Below are positions 18,258-27,925 of a DNA stretch of 64,000 bases, piece after piece. The stretch's first letter is position 1. Every line of letters starts with the position of its first letter. The position numbers were made by a program, and so were the translations under genes. The stretch covers positions 1,696,001-1,760,000 of the forward strand of contig OZ242326.1 of assembly GCA_965208325.1 (NCBI GenBank), written 5' to 3'. The notes beneath the pieces are model-generated. The model had not been told where the DNA came from. It saw only the letters and a program-made list of their open reading frames with translations, and did not search any database. Source of the DNA: Candidatus Poribacteria bacterium. GTDB taxonomy: Bacteria > Poribacteria > WGA-4E > PCPOR2b.

Positions 18258-18641
18258 TTACTCTGGAGCGCACCCTACTGAAGCGTGGATTTGTACAAAT
18301 CTCCAGCTTCCCTGCTCCTTCTCCAGCACGCCCGTCATACGCATCGAAAGTTCTTCGAATACTCCTTGCCAAGTCAAACGCCACACCTGCCGTGTATAAA
18401 ACCATGCGACGTTGCCGCGTTCTTGAACATCAAGATGTTCAAGTGCGATTGTGAAATCGGCCGCGCACGCGACGAGGTGTTTATAGTAATCAGCAGTGTT
18501 TTCGCTTCCTTCAACAAACTCACCGGCATCCGTCCCGATTTTCACATAGTAACTCGCGGAAGACATCATCTCTATAAGCCGAGGCGCATCCCCCGCAGCA
18601 AGCGCATCAAAGTAGTTTTTGACTGTGGCGTGTGCATCCAT
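18258..18641 (-). CDS. SnoaL/NTF2-like protein
   Basis: YFDALAAGD...IGTDAGE...RMTGVLEKEQGSWRFVQIHAS. Confidence 0.85.
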   Translation of the reverse strand: MDAHATVKNYFDALAAGDAPRLIEMMSSASYYVKIGTDAGEFVEGSENTADYYKHLVACAADFTIALEHLDVQERGNVAWFYTRQVWRLTWQGVFEELSMRMTGVLEKEQGSWRFVQIHASVGCAPE

Positions 18642-18782
18642 CTTCGCGCAGGAGGCTTAGGTCATCTCGCAGGCATTCGCGCAGGTACGCCGCGGCAAAT
18701 CAGGGAAAACTCGGCTGACACGGCGTCCTGAACTTACGGCGAACACAGTGGAAATATCCGCCTCACACCGCAACACGTTTCG

Positions 18783-20171
18783 CTACGGGTTGTATCCGCG
18801 CTCGTTATGCTGCGTGAGGTCGAGGCCTTCAAGTTCTTCGTCAAGATCGACACGCAACCCAATTGTAGCATCGATAATCTTGAGGATGACGAATGAGAGC
18901 ACGCCCGAATAGATTAACGTAAACACAATGCTGATGAGTTGAGCCAAGATTTGCTTTCCGACGGTCACGCCTTCAGCAAGTCCGACGCCGCCCAATCCTT
19001 TTACGACAAACACGCCGGTCAACAAGCAACCGACAATCCCGCCGATGCCGTGGACGCCAAACGCATCCAGCGAATCATCGTACCCAAGTGATTGCTTGAG
19101 GCTGGTGGCAGCCCAAAAACAGATTGCGCCTGATGCTATGCCGATGACGAGCGCGCCAATTGGGCCAACAAAGCCAGAAGCGGGGGTTATCGCCACGAGG
19201 CCGGCTACAGCGCCGGTAACGATACCGAGTACGCTCGGCCTGCCGTGCCTTGCCCACTCGACGAACATCCAGGCTAGCGCCGCTGCCGCTGTGGAAATCT
19301 GAGTAACAAGCATGGCATTACCTGCCCCACCGTCAGCAGCTAATTGGCTGCCCGCGTTGAAGCCGAACCAACCGACCCAGAGCATCGAAGCCCCAACCAC
19401 CGTTAATGTTAAGCTGTGAGGCGGCATCGGCCTATCCGGATAGCCGCGCCGTTTGCCGATTACGATTGCTGCAACTAGAGCGGCAATTCCAGCATTGATG
19501 TGCACCACCGTTCCGCCGGCAAAATCGAGGGCGCCCAATATACTTCCGAAGAAAGAACCGTCACCGCTCCAAGCCATGTGGCACAGCGGCGCATATACGA
19601 TAATAGACCAAATTCCCATAAACCAGAGCATCGCAGAAAACTTCATGCGTTCTGCAAATGCACCCGCAATGAGTGCGGGTGTGATTATGGCAAAGGTCAT
19701 CTGGAACATAACAAAGACATTCTCCGGAATGGTGCCGGATGGGGTGTCTGGCGATATGCCTCGGAGAAAAACCTTGCTTAGGCCTCCAACAAATGAATTG
19801 AGGTTGACTGCCCCCTCTTTCATACCCGTTGTGTCAAATGCAAGACTGTAGTTACACACCAGCCATAAAATGGTCATCAGTCCGGTCAAAGAAAAACACT
19901 GCATCAATACCGACAGGACATTTTTCGTGCGTACAAGACCGCCGTAGAAAAGCGCAAGACCGGGAATCGTCATGAACAGTACGAGTGCAGTTGAAGTGAG
20001 CATCCAGGCTGTGTCGCCCGAATCGAGACCATCATCTGCCAACGCAATCGTCGGAATTGCTAGCAAGGTTAGTGTCAATAGTACCGCCAAGCCGATTCTA
20101 TGTTTGCTTAGACCTGAAAGCCTTTCTTGTTTATTTTGAAATTTCACAAATTCTGATGCATCCTGTTGCAT
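18783..20171 (-). CDS. amtB: Ammonium transporter
   Basis: DSGDTAWMLTSTALVLFMTIPGLALFYGG, DFAGGTVVH, WFGFNAGS, DDSLDAFGVHG; GGAGGT RBS before ATG 20171. Confidence 0.97.
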   Translation of the reverse strand: MQQDASEFVKFQNKQERLSGLSKHRIGLAVLLTLTLLAIPTIALADDGLDSGDTAWMLTSTALVLFMTIPGLALFYGGLVRTKNVLSVLMQCFSLTGLMTILWLVCNYSLAFDTTGMKEGAVNLNSFVGGLSKVFLRGISPDTPSGTIPENVFVMFQMTFAIITPALIAGAFAERMKFSAMLWFMGIWSIIVYAPLCHMAWSGDGSFFGSILGALDFAGGTVVHINAGIAALVAAIVIGKRRGYPDRPMPPHSLTLTVVGASMLWVGWFGFNAGSQLAADGGAGNAMLVTQISTAAAALAWMFVEWARHGRPSVLGIVTGAVAGLVAITPASGFVGPIGALVIGIASGAICFWAATSLKQSLGYDDSLDAFGVHGIGGIVGCLLTGVFVVKGLGGVGLAEGVTVGKQILAQLISIVFTLIYSGVLSFVILKIIDATIGLRVDLDEELEGLDLTQHNERGYNP

Positions 20172-20344
20172 CGTAGACCTCCATTTCAAATTGGATGTTG
20201 GGTGTATTGAAAAACTGAATACGGCAATAGAAAAGAGTGATTCTGGAATGCGTGCTGCGCAAAGAATTTATGTTAACATCGCTATTTTCAATCGCGTGCT
20301 TCAAAAACTATCCGTTCAGTCGCTGGGAGTTGAACTTGCTACAC

Positions 20345-20373
20345 ATTTTAGCACAATACCGAAATCTAATCAA
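20345..20373 (-). promoter_or_regulatory. Putative amtB promoter
   Basis: Minus-strand TTGATT-N17-TAAAAT with an upstream TG, about 170 nt before the start codon. Confidence 0.45.
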
Positions 20374-20527
20374 CCACAAAACTCTCAGTTGCAAACCACC
20401 ATGCGGTAACAAAGCTATCCTGACAAATCAACCCGTAATCCGCAATTGAGTGCCGTCGGTTAAATCGCGCTAAATCACCGTTCCTTAACAATCGTAGCCC
20501 TTAAGAATCCGGTCTTTGCGCTGAACA

Positions 20528-22363
20528 TCACCGAACCACAGCGAATTTACCGCTCGATGAAATCTTGCCTCTCCCCGCTGATATTGGCGCTTCAACGTGG
20601 TAGACATAAACCCCTGGGGCGATTAGCTTGCCTTCGTCATTTCGCCCGTCCCAATGTTCAACCGGCCCTTCTTTGGCGCGGTCGATTAACTTGACGAGGT
20701 TTCCAGTACTGTTGTAGATGCGGATTGTGGCGTGGCGCGTCAAGTTGCGAAATTCAATGACATCCGCACTGGGACGATACGGGTTCGGCACAACAATCAC
20801 ATTTTCCAAGTCCAATGGAGTACCGGCAGCAACGCCTTCCGGAATTACGATGCTTGCCGAGGCGGAGAAGTTACTTCGTCCATCGAATTCATTTGTCGCA
20901 TTAATTGCGTAGAAATACCTTAATCCCGGATACACATCGGCATCGACAAAACTAGTAGGTTCCGCGGGGACAGATGCTATCGGTGTCCATGGAGAGTCTC
21001 CTGTGTGATTCCGGTTGATAATATACCCCGCAATCGGCCCGTTAGATTGCTTCCATTCGAGTATGACGCGATTTCCGCTAAGCGTTGCTGTTAAGCCTTC
21101 CGGCGCATCCGGCATGAGATTTGGTATGACACGAACTTCAGGTGAGTCAAATTCGAACGGCCGTCCATTTAAATTGATAGGGCGAAGTTTATAAATGTGT
21201 TCCACCCCAAATTGAACGATTTCTGTATCATCTGACGAAATTCCGCTTACGGTTTTGAGTAGTTGAAAATCCTGTTCTTCGGCGGTTCGCCTCAAGAGGG
21301 CGTATCCAGCCACACTTGGGTTGATTGATGCCTCCCAATTCAACGCAACACCATCAGGGGTGACTTCCGCGCTTAACTCCTGCGGTGCAAAGCTGATGTG
21401 CCGCGCCGCATCAATGTTCTTCCGGAGATCTGCTAAGTTTTCGCCCCCGACGAGGGCAAAAGTGACAGTAACGAACTTTTTCGCTCGAATGTCGTAAGGT
21501 CCTGCTGAAATTACCGACATGTAATCCCAAGCTGGAAACCCAAGTTCCTCTATATCCTGTCGGCTCGAGGCAAAAAAAGTAGGAGGTGCCAACAACACCG
21601 ATCGGTTGGCATCAACGAAGATGGAGCTGAAAAGCTGACCGCTCGGGTCAAAAAATGGGACGATTTGTTGAACGCTGAATTTACCGTCAAGCAGCGCCAA
21701 ACCCATGTGCGCCGGATTGATTCCGTCTGTATCGTCCCCATCGTAAGTCAATAACGTCTGCCGGCTTTCGTCCCAATCCACCCAATCCAGGCTCAACTGT
21801 CCAGCGCCGAGGTCTGTTCCATCCACGTCCCAATTTGTCATCATGGCGACGTAGATACCGCTGAGATTAGCGTTGCTGTCATTGGTAATAATCAGCTTAA
21901 TCACTATGAAATCGTCCGCATTAGGATACGCATTTGTGCTCCAAGAAAAACTTTGCTGATCGACTAAAATATCGAGCGGGAAGTCCGGATCGCGTGACGA
22001 ACTGTATTGAGAGGTAGCGATTTCCCTGCCATCCGCCTCCACGACCTTATTGATTGCGCCGGTTTGGGTGGTCGCCCATTCACCTAAAAGAAATCGGTCG
22101 GTGAACTCCCATACATTTGCAACGTTTCCGTTCAAATCGCCAATCCAGATTTCAGATTGCGCCTGCAAATAATAAATATCCTCGGTCTTTGGAAATCTGA
22201 AATTCGGGGCAAGGCTCCCATCTCTAACTGCCCCCAATGAACCAAAGTCTGACACGGAAACCTGGACATTCCCTGATGTATGGGACAGAAACGCATCGGC
22301 GTGCGCATGCATCTGAATCGTCAACAGCCAGACAAAACTCAACGCTATTTTTTGAATTTTCAT
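20528..22363 (-). CDS. Secreted protein with two FN3-like domains and a FlgD-Ig/T9SS-like C-terminal domain
   Basis: Signal peptide ending AHA-DA; APQELSA and APEGLTA FN3 repeats; VVPNPY...IRIYNSTG...WDGRNDEGKLIAPGVYVY. Confidence 0.8.
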   Translation of the reverse strand: MKIQKIALSFVWLLTIQMHAHADAFLSHTSGNVQVSVSDFGSLGAVRDGSLAPNFRFPKTEDIYYLQAQSEIWIGDLNGNVANVWEFTDRFLLGEWATTQTGAINKVVEADGREIATSQYSSSRDPDFPLDILVDQQSFSWSTNAYPNADDFIVIKLIITNDSNANLSGIYVAMMTNWDVDGTDLGAGQLSLDWVDWDESRQTLLTYDGDDTDGINPAHMGLALLDGKFSVQQIVPFFDPSGQLFSSIFVDANRSVLLAPPTFFASSRQDIEELGFPAWDYMSVISAGPYDIRAKKFVTVTFALVGGENLADLRKNIDAARHISFAPQELSAEVTPDGVALNWEASINPSVAGYALLRRTAEEQDFQLLKTVSGISSDDTEIVQFGVEHIYKLRPINLNGRPFEFDSPEVRVIPNLMPDAPEGLTATLSGNRVILEWKQSNGPIAGYIINRNHTGDSPWTPIASVPAEPTSFVDADVYPGLRYFYAINATNEFDGRSNFSASASIVIPEGVAAGTPLDLENVIVVPNPYRPSADVIEFRNLTRHATIRIYNSTGNLVKLIDRAKEGPVEHWDGRNDEGKLIAPGVYVYHVEAPISAGRGKISSSGKFAVVR

Positions 22364-22591
22364 ATCTCTCTCGGCTTATTTCAAAACAGTGCCGAATTAT
22401 GATCGCTCGGCGGCAGGAAACTAGCCTATCATAGCAAAAGCCAAAATGCCTGTCAAGGTAAAGATTGGTAACGGCCGGTTCGCAAAACAGTCCGGGTACA
22501 CCGCCCGCGCCGCCTCTTGGTCAACCCTTCATTCTTAAATGCGGTGCCCGCAAATTTGACGATTTCGGCGGGATGATGGAAACGCTGCATC

Positions 22592-22620
22592 TTGACATAA
22601 CTTCTGGTTCGATGTATAAT
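22592..22620 (+). promoter_or_regulatory. Consensus sigma70 promoter upstream of the SDR gene
   Basis: TTGACA-N17-TATAAT. Confidence 0.7.
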
Positions 22621-22780
22621 TCCGATTCGAGGCGGATTCCGCGGGTGGCGCAGAATTTGACCGGTATATGTTTTCCTCCCGCCCAAAATTTGGAAGGTAT
22701 GTAGATTACTGGCAGGGGTGCGCAGGATGGGCGGCAAAACCGCGGTTCGCACCTCTACTGACGAACTAAGGGAGTAGTGA

Positions 22781-23605
22781 ATGAAAGTTGACGGAATATC
22801 GGCGATTGTCACCGGCGGCAGTATGGGAATCGGTCGCGCAATTGCCGTCGAATTAGCCGGCCGCGGCGCAAAGGTAGTTTGTACAGCGCGCAGCGAGGCG
22901 CGGCTCCGTGATACGGTTGACGCAATCAAGTCGGAGGGCGGGATTGCGCTTGCCGTGCCGACTGATGTTACTGACACGAGTCAGGTAGAGCGGATGGCGG
23001 CGCAGACACTGAACGCTTTCGGCAAGATAGATGTGCTCATAAACAACGCCGCTGTTTTCCACGGCATCGGTGGATTGTGGGAGGTTGACCCGGACGCTTG
23101 GTGGGCGGATGTCAAGACGAAGTTGTTCGGCGGGTTTCTCTGCTGCCGCGCCGTGCTTCCCCACATGATGAAGCAAAACAGTGGAATCATCATGAATATG
23201 GCTGGCGGCGGGTACGACCAACCCAACGTAGGGGGGACGGGTTATGCGAGCGCCAGCGCCGGACTCATGCGGCTGACCGATACGTTGGCGTCCGAATTAG
23301 GCGATGCGAACAACATTCAGGTTTACGGGCTGTGGCCCGGGTTCGTCCGTTCCGAAATGACTGAAATCTTGGCGACCGCCGAACAGGGGCAACGCTGGCT
23401 GCCGCACGTCAAAAAAGGGCTTTCCCTCGGTCAAGATCACGCGGCTGAAGATGTCGCTCTCGCTGTCGTAAAAATAATTGAGCACACCTGTCCCGCCTTG
23501 TCCGGCCGCATTGTCTCGTATGAAGAAGATTTTGAAAAAATTGTCGAACGTGCGGAGGCGATTCGGGAAAAAGACCTGTACCAACTGCGACTGCGCTCCG
23601 AGTAA
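22781..23605 (+). CDS. SDR family oxidoreductase
   Basis: TGGSMGIG and INNAA; the catalytic YxxxK is replaced by YASAS. Confidence 0.9.
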   Translation: MKVDGISAIVTGGSMGIGRAIAVELAGRGAKVVCTARSEARLRDTVDAIKSEGGIALAVPTDVTDTSQVERMAAQTLNAFGKIDVLINNAAVFHGIGGLWEVDPDAWWADVKTKLFGGFLCCRAVLPHMMKQNSGIIMNMAGGGYDQPNVGGTGYASASAGLMRLTDTLASELGDANNIQVYGLWPGFVRSEMTEILATAEQGQRWLPHVKKGLSLGQDHAAEDVALAVVKIIEHTCPALSGRIVSYEEDFEKIVERAEAIREKDLYQLRLRSE

Positions 23606-23745
23606 GGGAACAAGCATTAATTTCAATCACTACGTATTAATTAAGTTTCGAAGCCATCAATTGTATTTCCATAATACTGCTCTCGTGAGTTTCGACGAAA
23701 CCTTAAGAGCCTTTTCTTTTTTTAAAATTTAAATGAGGTGATTCA

Positions 23746-26157
23746 ATGACACAAAATCAGACAGATGGTTCCCAAAGCGCTATCAATTCCGGGAATCGGT
23801 TGTTTCCGCCCCACCTGCTACACGCCAGGTGGCACGAGTTTCAAGCTGAAGGGTATACCGAACCTGTGACCGGCGTAATTTATCGGGGCAATCCCCGTCC
23901 GACGTGCGGCATGCCGCTGGGCGGTCTCGATACCGGTTGTATTGACATCGAACCCAACGGTATGCTGGGTTACAGTACAATTTTTAATCATTTGGTCAAT
24001 CCCCGCCTGTTGCTAAACCTCCCCTTTTTGGGGTTACATTGCGACGAAAAAACCTGGGTGCTGGTTTCGGATACACTGGGTAAGGACTATACACCGAAGG
24101 ACAGCGAGTACGTAGCAACCTTCCCGCCAATCGACTACACTCCCCGATTCACCGATATTGAACTGGACGGAGTGGAAACCGCTGATTCCATCGACTATTG
24201 GGGGCATTACCCGATTGTTGACATGGAATTCAACACGAGCGCCGCCGTGGAAGTTGGACTGCGTGCATGGTCGCCTTTCATCCCCGGCGACACAGCCATT
24301 TCCATGGCGCCCGGCGCAGTATTTGAACTCACGGTGCGGAACCCTGGAAACGCGGGAAAAAATGGCACGCTCGCCTTCAGTTTCCCCGGTTTTGAACTAT
24401 CCGACGAAGAGAACTCTGAAGACTCAGTCCGCCGCGAAGCGCTGCAGGGTCAGTTGAACGGCTTGCATGTTGACAGCGGTGTAAAGGACGATGCCTGGGA
24501 AATGGCGTATGTCTTAGCGGCAATTGATGATGCCGTTCGCTGCGGCGGACCGCTGAATACAGACGGCGCCGCATGGGCTGGAATTGCCGACCAGCTTCCC
24601 GATGCCGGAGCGGGTGAAACCGGCGCGTCTCTGGCGTTCGATTTTAATCTCGATGCAGGCGAATCCAAAACCTACCGCTTCGTCCTTGCGTGGCACGCGC
24701 CGCACTGGAGAGCAGGAGGAGCGCCGTCGCATACGAATTCGAACCTGCTCACGCACATGTATGCCAAACACCACCCGGACGCAAAATCCACAGCAAATCT
24801 GTTAGCAAGCGACCCTGACTCGCTGCTAAAAAGAGTTATCTCTTGGCAGGAAGTCGTCTACCAAGACCCTACGATTCCGGGCTGGCTTGCAGATTCGTTA
24901 ATCAACAACCTTTACTTGATTCCCGAATGCAGCATCTGGGGTCAAGCCAAGGCGCCGATTGGCGACTGGTGCGATCCCGACGACGGCGTCTTCGGATTAA
25001 ACGAATGTCCACGAGGCTGTCCGCAAATTGAGTGCCTTCCGTGTAGTTTTTACGGGAATATACCGTTGGTCTACTTCTTCCCCGAAGCCGCCTTATCGAC
25101 CTTACGCGGGCAGAAGGCATACCAATACGAGGACGGACGGCCGCCCTGGATATTTGGCGGTGTCACCGCCATTGAGGAAGGAAACCGGCCGCCTTACGAA
25201 CTAAGTAAACCCGATGTCGGCTACCAGACCGTACTGAACGGCGCGTGCTACATTATTATGGCGGACCGGATATGGCGCGCCTCCGGAGATGATGGTATGC
25301 TGGAGGAATTCTGGGATTCCCTTAAGCGTTGCAACGATTTCTCAATGAATTTGCGGCCAGCCTACGGACTGTCGCAGGTCATTTCAATGCCAACCCCCGG
25401 TACCGACTCACACGGCCTAGGCGACACGGAATGGTTTGAAGCGCCCGAACCCGGCTGGAAAGGGTATGTGACGCATGCCGGGGCAGTACGGCTTGCCCAA
25501 GTGCAAATCATGTACCGTATGGCGGAGGCAATGAACGATCATGAATATCTCAAGAAGTGCGGCGATTGGATTGAAGCTGGGGAAGCGGCGCTAGAAGAGC
25601 ACCTCTGGGCAGGCGAGTATTATCTGAACTTCAATGAGCCGGAAACCGGCCAGAAGTCCGATTTAATCTTCGGCTATCAGCTTGACGGCCAGTGGATTAC
25701 CGACTGGCACGGGGTACCCGGTGCGTTTCCCAAGGATCGGGTGGATCAAACGCTTGAGACGCTCCGGAAATATAACTGTGCGCTCAGCCAGTCAGGCGCT
25801 CTCAACTACGCGAGTGCAGATGGGCAGCTTGCCAATGTAGGCGGTTACGGGACCTATAGCTATTTCCCACCGGAATTATACATGCTTGCCATGACCTACA
25901 TGTACGGCGGGCAGCAAGATTTTGGTCTTGAACTGCTTCACAAATGTATGAACAACATCATCTGTCGGTGGGGTTATACTTGGGATATGCCGAACACGGT
26001 ACGCGGCGATGCCGACACCGGGCAAATGGCGTTTGGCGCCGATTACTATCAAAATATGATGCTCTGGGGTGCGCCGGCGGCGATTGCAGGGTCAGATCTC
26101 ACGGGACCGTGCCAACCCGGCGGGCTCGTGGACCGCGTCATCCAAGCCGGCAAGTAA
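23746..26157 (+). CDS. GH116-family glycoside hydrolase (GBA2-like)
   Basis: GMPLGGLDTG, YWGHYP, RAWSPFIPGD, FGYQLDGQW; N-terminal beta domain plus (alpha/alpha)6 domain. Confidence 0.8.
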   Translation: MTQNQTDGSQSAINSGNRLFPPHLLHARWHEFQAEGYTEPVTGVIYRGNPRPTCGMPLGGLDTGCIDIEPNGMLGYSTIFNHLVNPRLLLNLPFLGLHCDEKTWVLVSDTLGKDYTPKDSEYVATFPPIDYTPRFTDIELDGVETADSIDYWGHYPIVDMEFNTSAAVEVGLRAWSPFIPGDTAISMAPGAVFELTVRNPGNAGKNGTLAFSFPGFELSDEENSEDSVRREALQGQLNGLHVDSGVKDDAWEMAYVLAAIDDAVRCGGPLNTDGAAWAGIADQLPDAGAGETGASLAFDFNLDAGESKTYRFVLAWHAPHWRAGGAPSHTNSNLLTHMYAKHHPDAKSTANLLASDPDSLLKRVISWQEVVYQDPTIPGWLADSLINNLYLIPECSIWGQAKAPIGDWCDPDDGVFGLNECPRGCPQIECLPCSFYGNIPLVYFFPEAALSTLRGQKAYQYEDGRPPWIFGGVTAIEEGNRPPYELSKPDVGYQTVLNGACYIIMADRIWRASGDDGMLEEFWDSLKRCNDFSMNLRPAYGLSQVISMPTPGTDSHGLGDTEWFEAPEPGWKGYVTHAGAVRLAQVQIMYRMAEAMNDHEYLKKCGDWIEAGEAALEEHLWAGEYYLNFNEPETGQKSDLIFGYQLDGQWITDWHGVPGAFPKDRVDQTLETLRKYNCALSQSGALNYASADGQLANVGGYGTYSYFPPELYMLAMTYMYGGQQDFGLELLHKCMNNIICRWGYTWDMPNTVRGDADTGQMAFGADYYQNMMLWGAPAAIAGSDLTGPCQPGGLVDRVIQAGK

Positions 26158-26256
26158 TGCCTGAGACGGGCGAGAATTTCTACATCGATACTTGACTGTG
26201 AACGATGTTCCATAAGATCAGGCGCCCTAACCCTTCACTGTTACACATGAAAACGA

Positions 26257-26289
26257 AAAACCCTCGACGTTACTCATGTCGAGGGTTTT
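26257..26289. terminator. Bidirectional terminator
   Basis: aaaaccctcgac-N9-gtcgagggtttt between convergent genes. Confidence 0.75.
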
Positions 26290-26356
26290 CATGTTCAAGG
26301 CCTGTTACGACATCCGTATTAAACGTTTGCCGTTATTAGATTGTACCGTTATCGCA

Positions 26357-26584
26357 CTAAGTTATGTTTTTGCGATAGTCTTTCTCGGTCTGGTTCAATT
26401 TCCATAATTTCTTTTGATATTTTTCGATCTCCTGCTCAATCTGCTCAATGTGTTCACGGACTCCTAATGAATAAAATTCAAAATCCTCTGGCCGGGGATG
26501 CTGCCCCCGCAATTCTAAGTATACCTGACGGAATTCCTTTAATCTTTGCTGCGATATTTTAAGTTGGTGTTCATTTTCAATCAT
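26357..26584 (-). CDS. Small helical protein resembling the N-terminal domain of HigA/XRE antitoxins, without an HTH
   Basis: MIENEHQLKISQQRLKEF...EQIEQEIEKY; a GTAGGTTGGGT REP starts 20 bp upstream at 26604. Confidence 0.55.
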   Translation of the reverse strand: MIENEHQLKISQQRLKEFRQVYLELRGQHPRPEDFEFYSLGVREHIEQIEQEIEKYQKKLWKLNQTEKDYRKNIT

Positions 26585-26927
26585 AAAATCCGTTACAAGT
26601 CCTCGTAGGTTGGGTTTAGCGTTCCTGCTTAATTCTACCATCAGAAACTTAGATCGTACCACCGCTTTGCATCAAAAATATCATAACGATACGCGGTTGT
26701 CAATGAATGTTACATAATTTTTGATTTTGGAATAAGACGATTCAACTGCGAGTTCATCATAAACTTTGTGCATGTGTATTCGGTATGATTAGGGAGACAT
26801 GTCATACTAAGCTAGTCCCTTGTATTTCGCTGTTACGGTACAATACCGTGAAGTCGTCTGCTGTGATTGTGAGTCTAGGTATCGCCTTTCGGTTGAGATT
26901 ATCTGACATAAAGATTCAGAACGCAAA

Positions 26928-27836
26928 ATGAATCAGTCAAGCGTCGAAAAACTAAACACACACAATCGAGACGCAGCGCTGTCCTTGATAAACGACGCGT
27001 ACGCCACTGTGCGCGGATTTCAGCCGCTCACGATGGCTGATTTGATTTCGCTAGCACAGTCGGGATTCGTAGCGCTTGGTTTAATGAATGGTAAGCCGGT
27101 CAGTTTCGCATGCGGCGTTATGGCGGCGGATGGTGCGGGAAAAATCTGTCGGGCGGGCGTCTCCGAAAAATACCGAGGGGAATGCCGCAGCCTTCCGCCG
27201 ATGCGGGCATGTATCAACTTCCTAAAAAATAGAGGCGCAAAGCGGATCGGTGTGGAGAACTGGCTGGATGCGCCTTACCGACAGATGTTGAGCTATTTTG
27301 AACAAGAGGGGATCATAGTTGAACATGTGCATGCTACCCTTCGGCTTGACATGGGGGACTATACGCCGCAGCCGCCGCTGATTAAAGCAGGCTATTACTT
27401 GCGAACCTTTCGAGACGGCGATGCGCAAACTTGGGCGGATATCCGAAATGCGGCGTTTGGCGATTCTTCGAAAGCGAACGAGTTTTGGTCCCAAACCTTT
27501 TTGGGTGTCAACAAGAATACAGACTTTGACCCACAGGGGTTCTTCTTCGCTGAATCGGGAGGAAAACCTGTCGGCATGAGTGCAGGCATCGTGCTGCATA
27601 ATCGAAAACAGATTGGCGGAACGCTCCCCGGCGGGATTGGTTGGACAAGCGTCCATAAAGACCACAGGGGTATTGGACTAGGCCGGGCTTTGGTTGTTAG
27701 CTCCCTAAATTATCTGCACGACCGGGGTGTTGCCGTAACGGAAGTTGGCACCGAGTTTTATCGAACTGCAGCGGTGAATCTATACGAAAGTCTCGGTTTT
27801 CGCATTTACATTGCATGGTTTACTATTGTGTGTTAG
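26928..27836 (+). CDS. Tandem GNAT acetyltransferase (MshD-like architecture)
   Basis: VSEKYRG and VHKDHRGIGLG acetyl-CoA motifs; AVNLYESLGF. Confidence 0.85.
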   Translation: MNQSSVEKLNTHNRDAALSLINDAYATVRGFQPLTMADLISLAQSGFVALGLMNGKPVSFACGVMAADGAGKICRAGVSEKYRGECRSLPPMRACINFLKNRGAKRIGVENWLDAPYRQMLSYFEQEGIIVEHVHATLRLDMGDYTPQPPLIKAGYYLRTFRDGDAQTWADIRNAAFGDSSKANEFWSQTFLGVNKNTDFDPQGFFFAESGGKPVGMSAGIVLHNRKQIGGTLPGGIGWTSVHKDHRGIGLGRALVVSSLNYLHDRGVAVTEVGTEFYRTAAVNLYESLGFRIYIAWFTIVC

Positions 27837-27869
27837 CGGGTGTAGTCCCTTCACAAGTCGGTCAGTCAT

Positions 27870-27912
27870 CGTAGGTTGGATTGCGCAAAACCTCTCAAGC
27901 CAACCCACCTAA
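27870..27912. repeat. GTAG-family REP
   Basis: cgtaggttggattg...caacccaccta between convergent genes. Confidence 0.55.
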
Positions 27913-27925
27913 GCTAAGAGAACAA

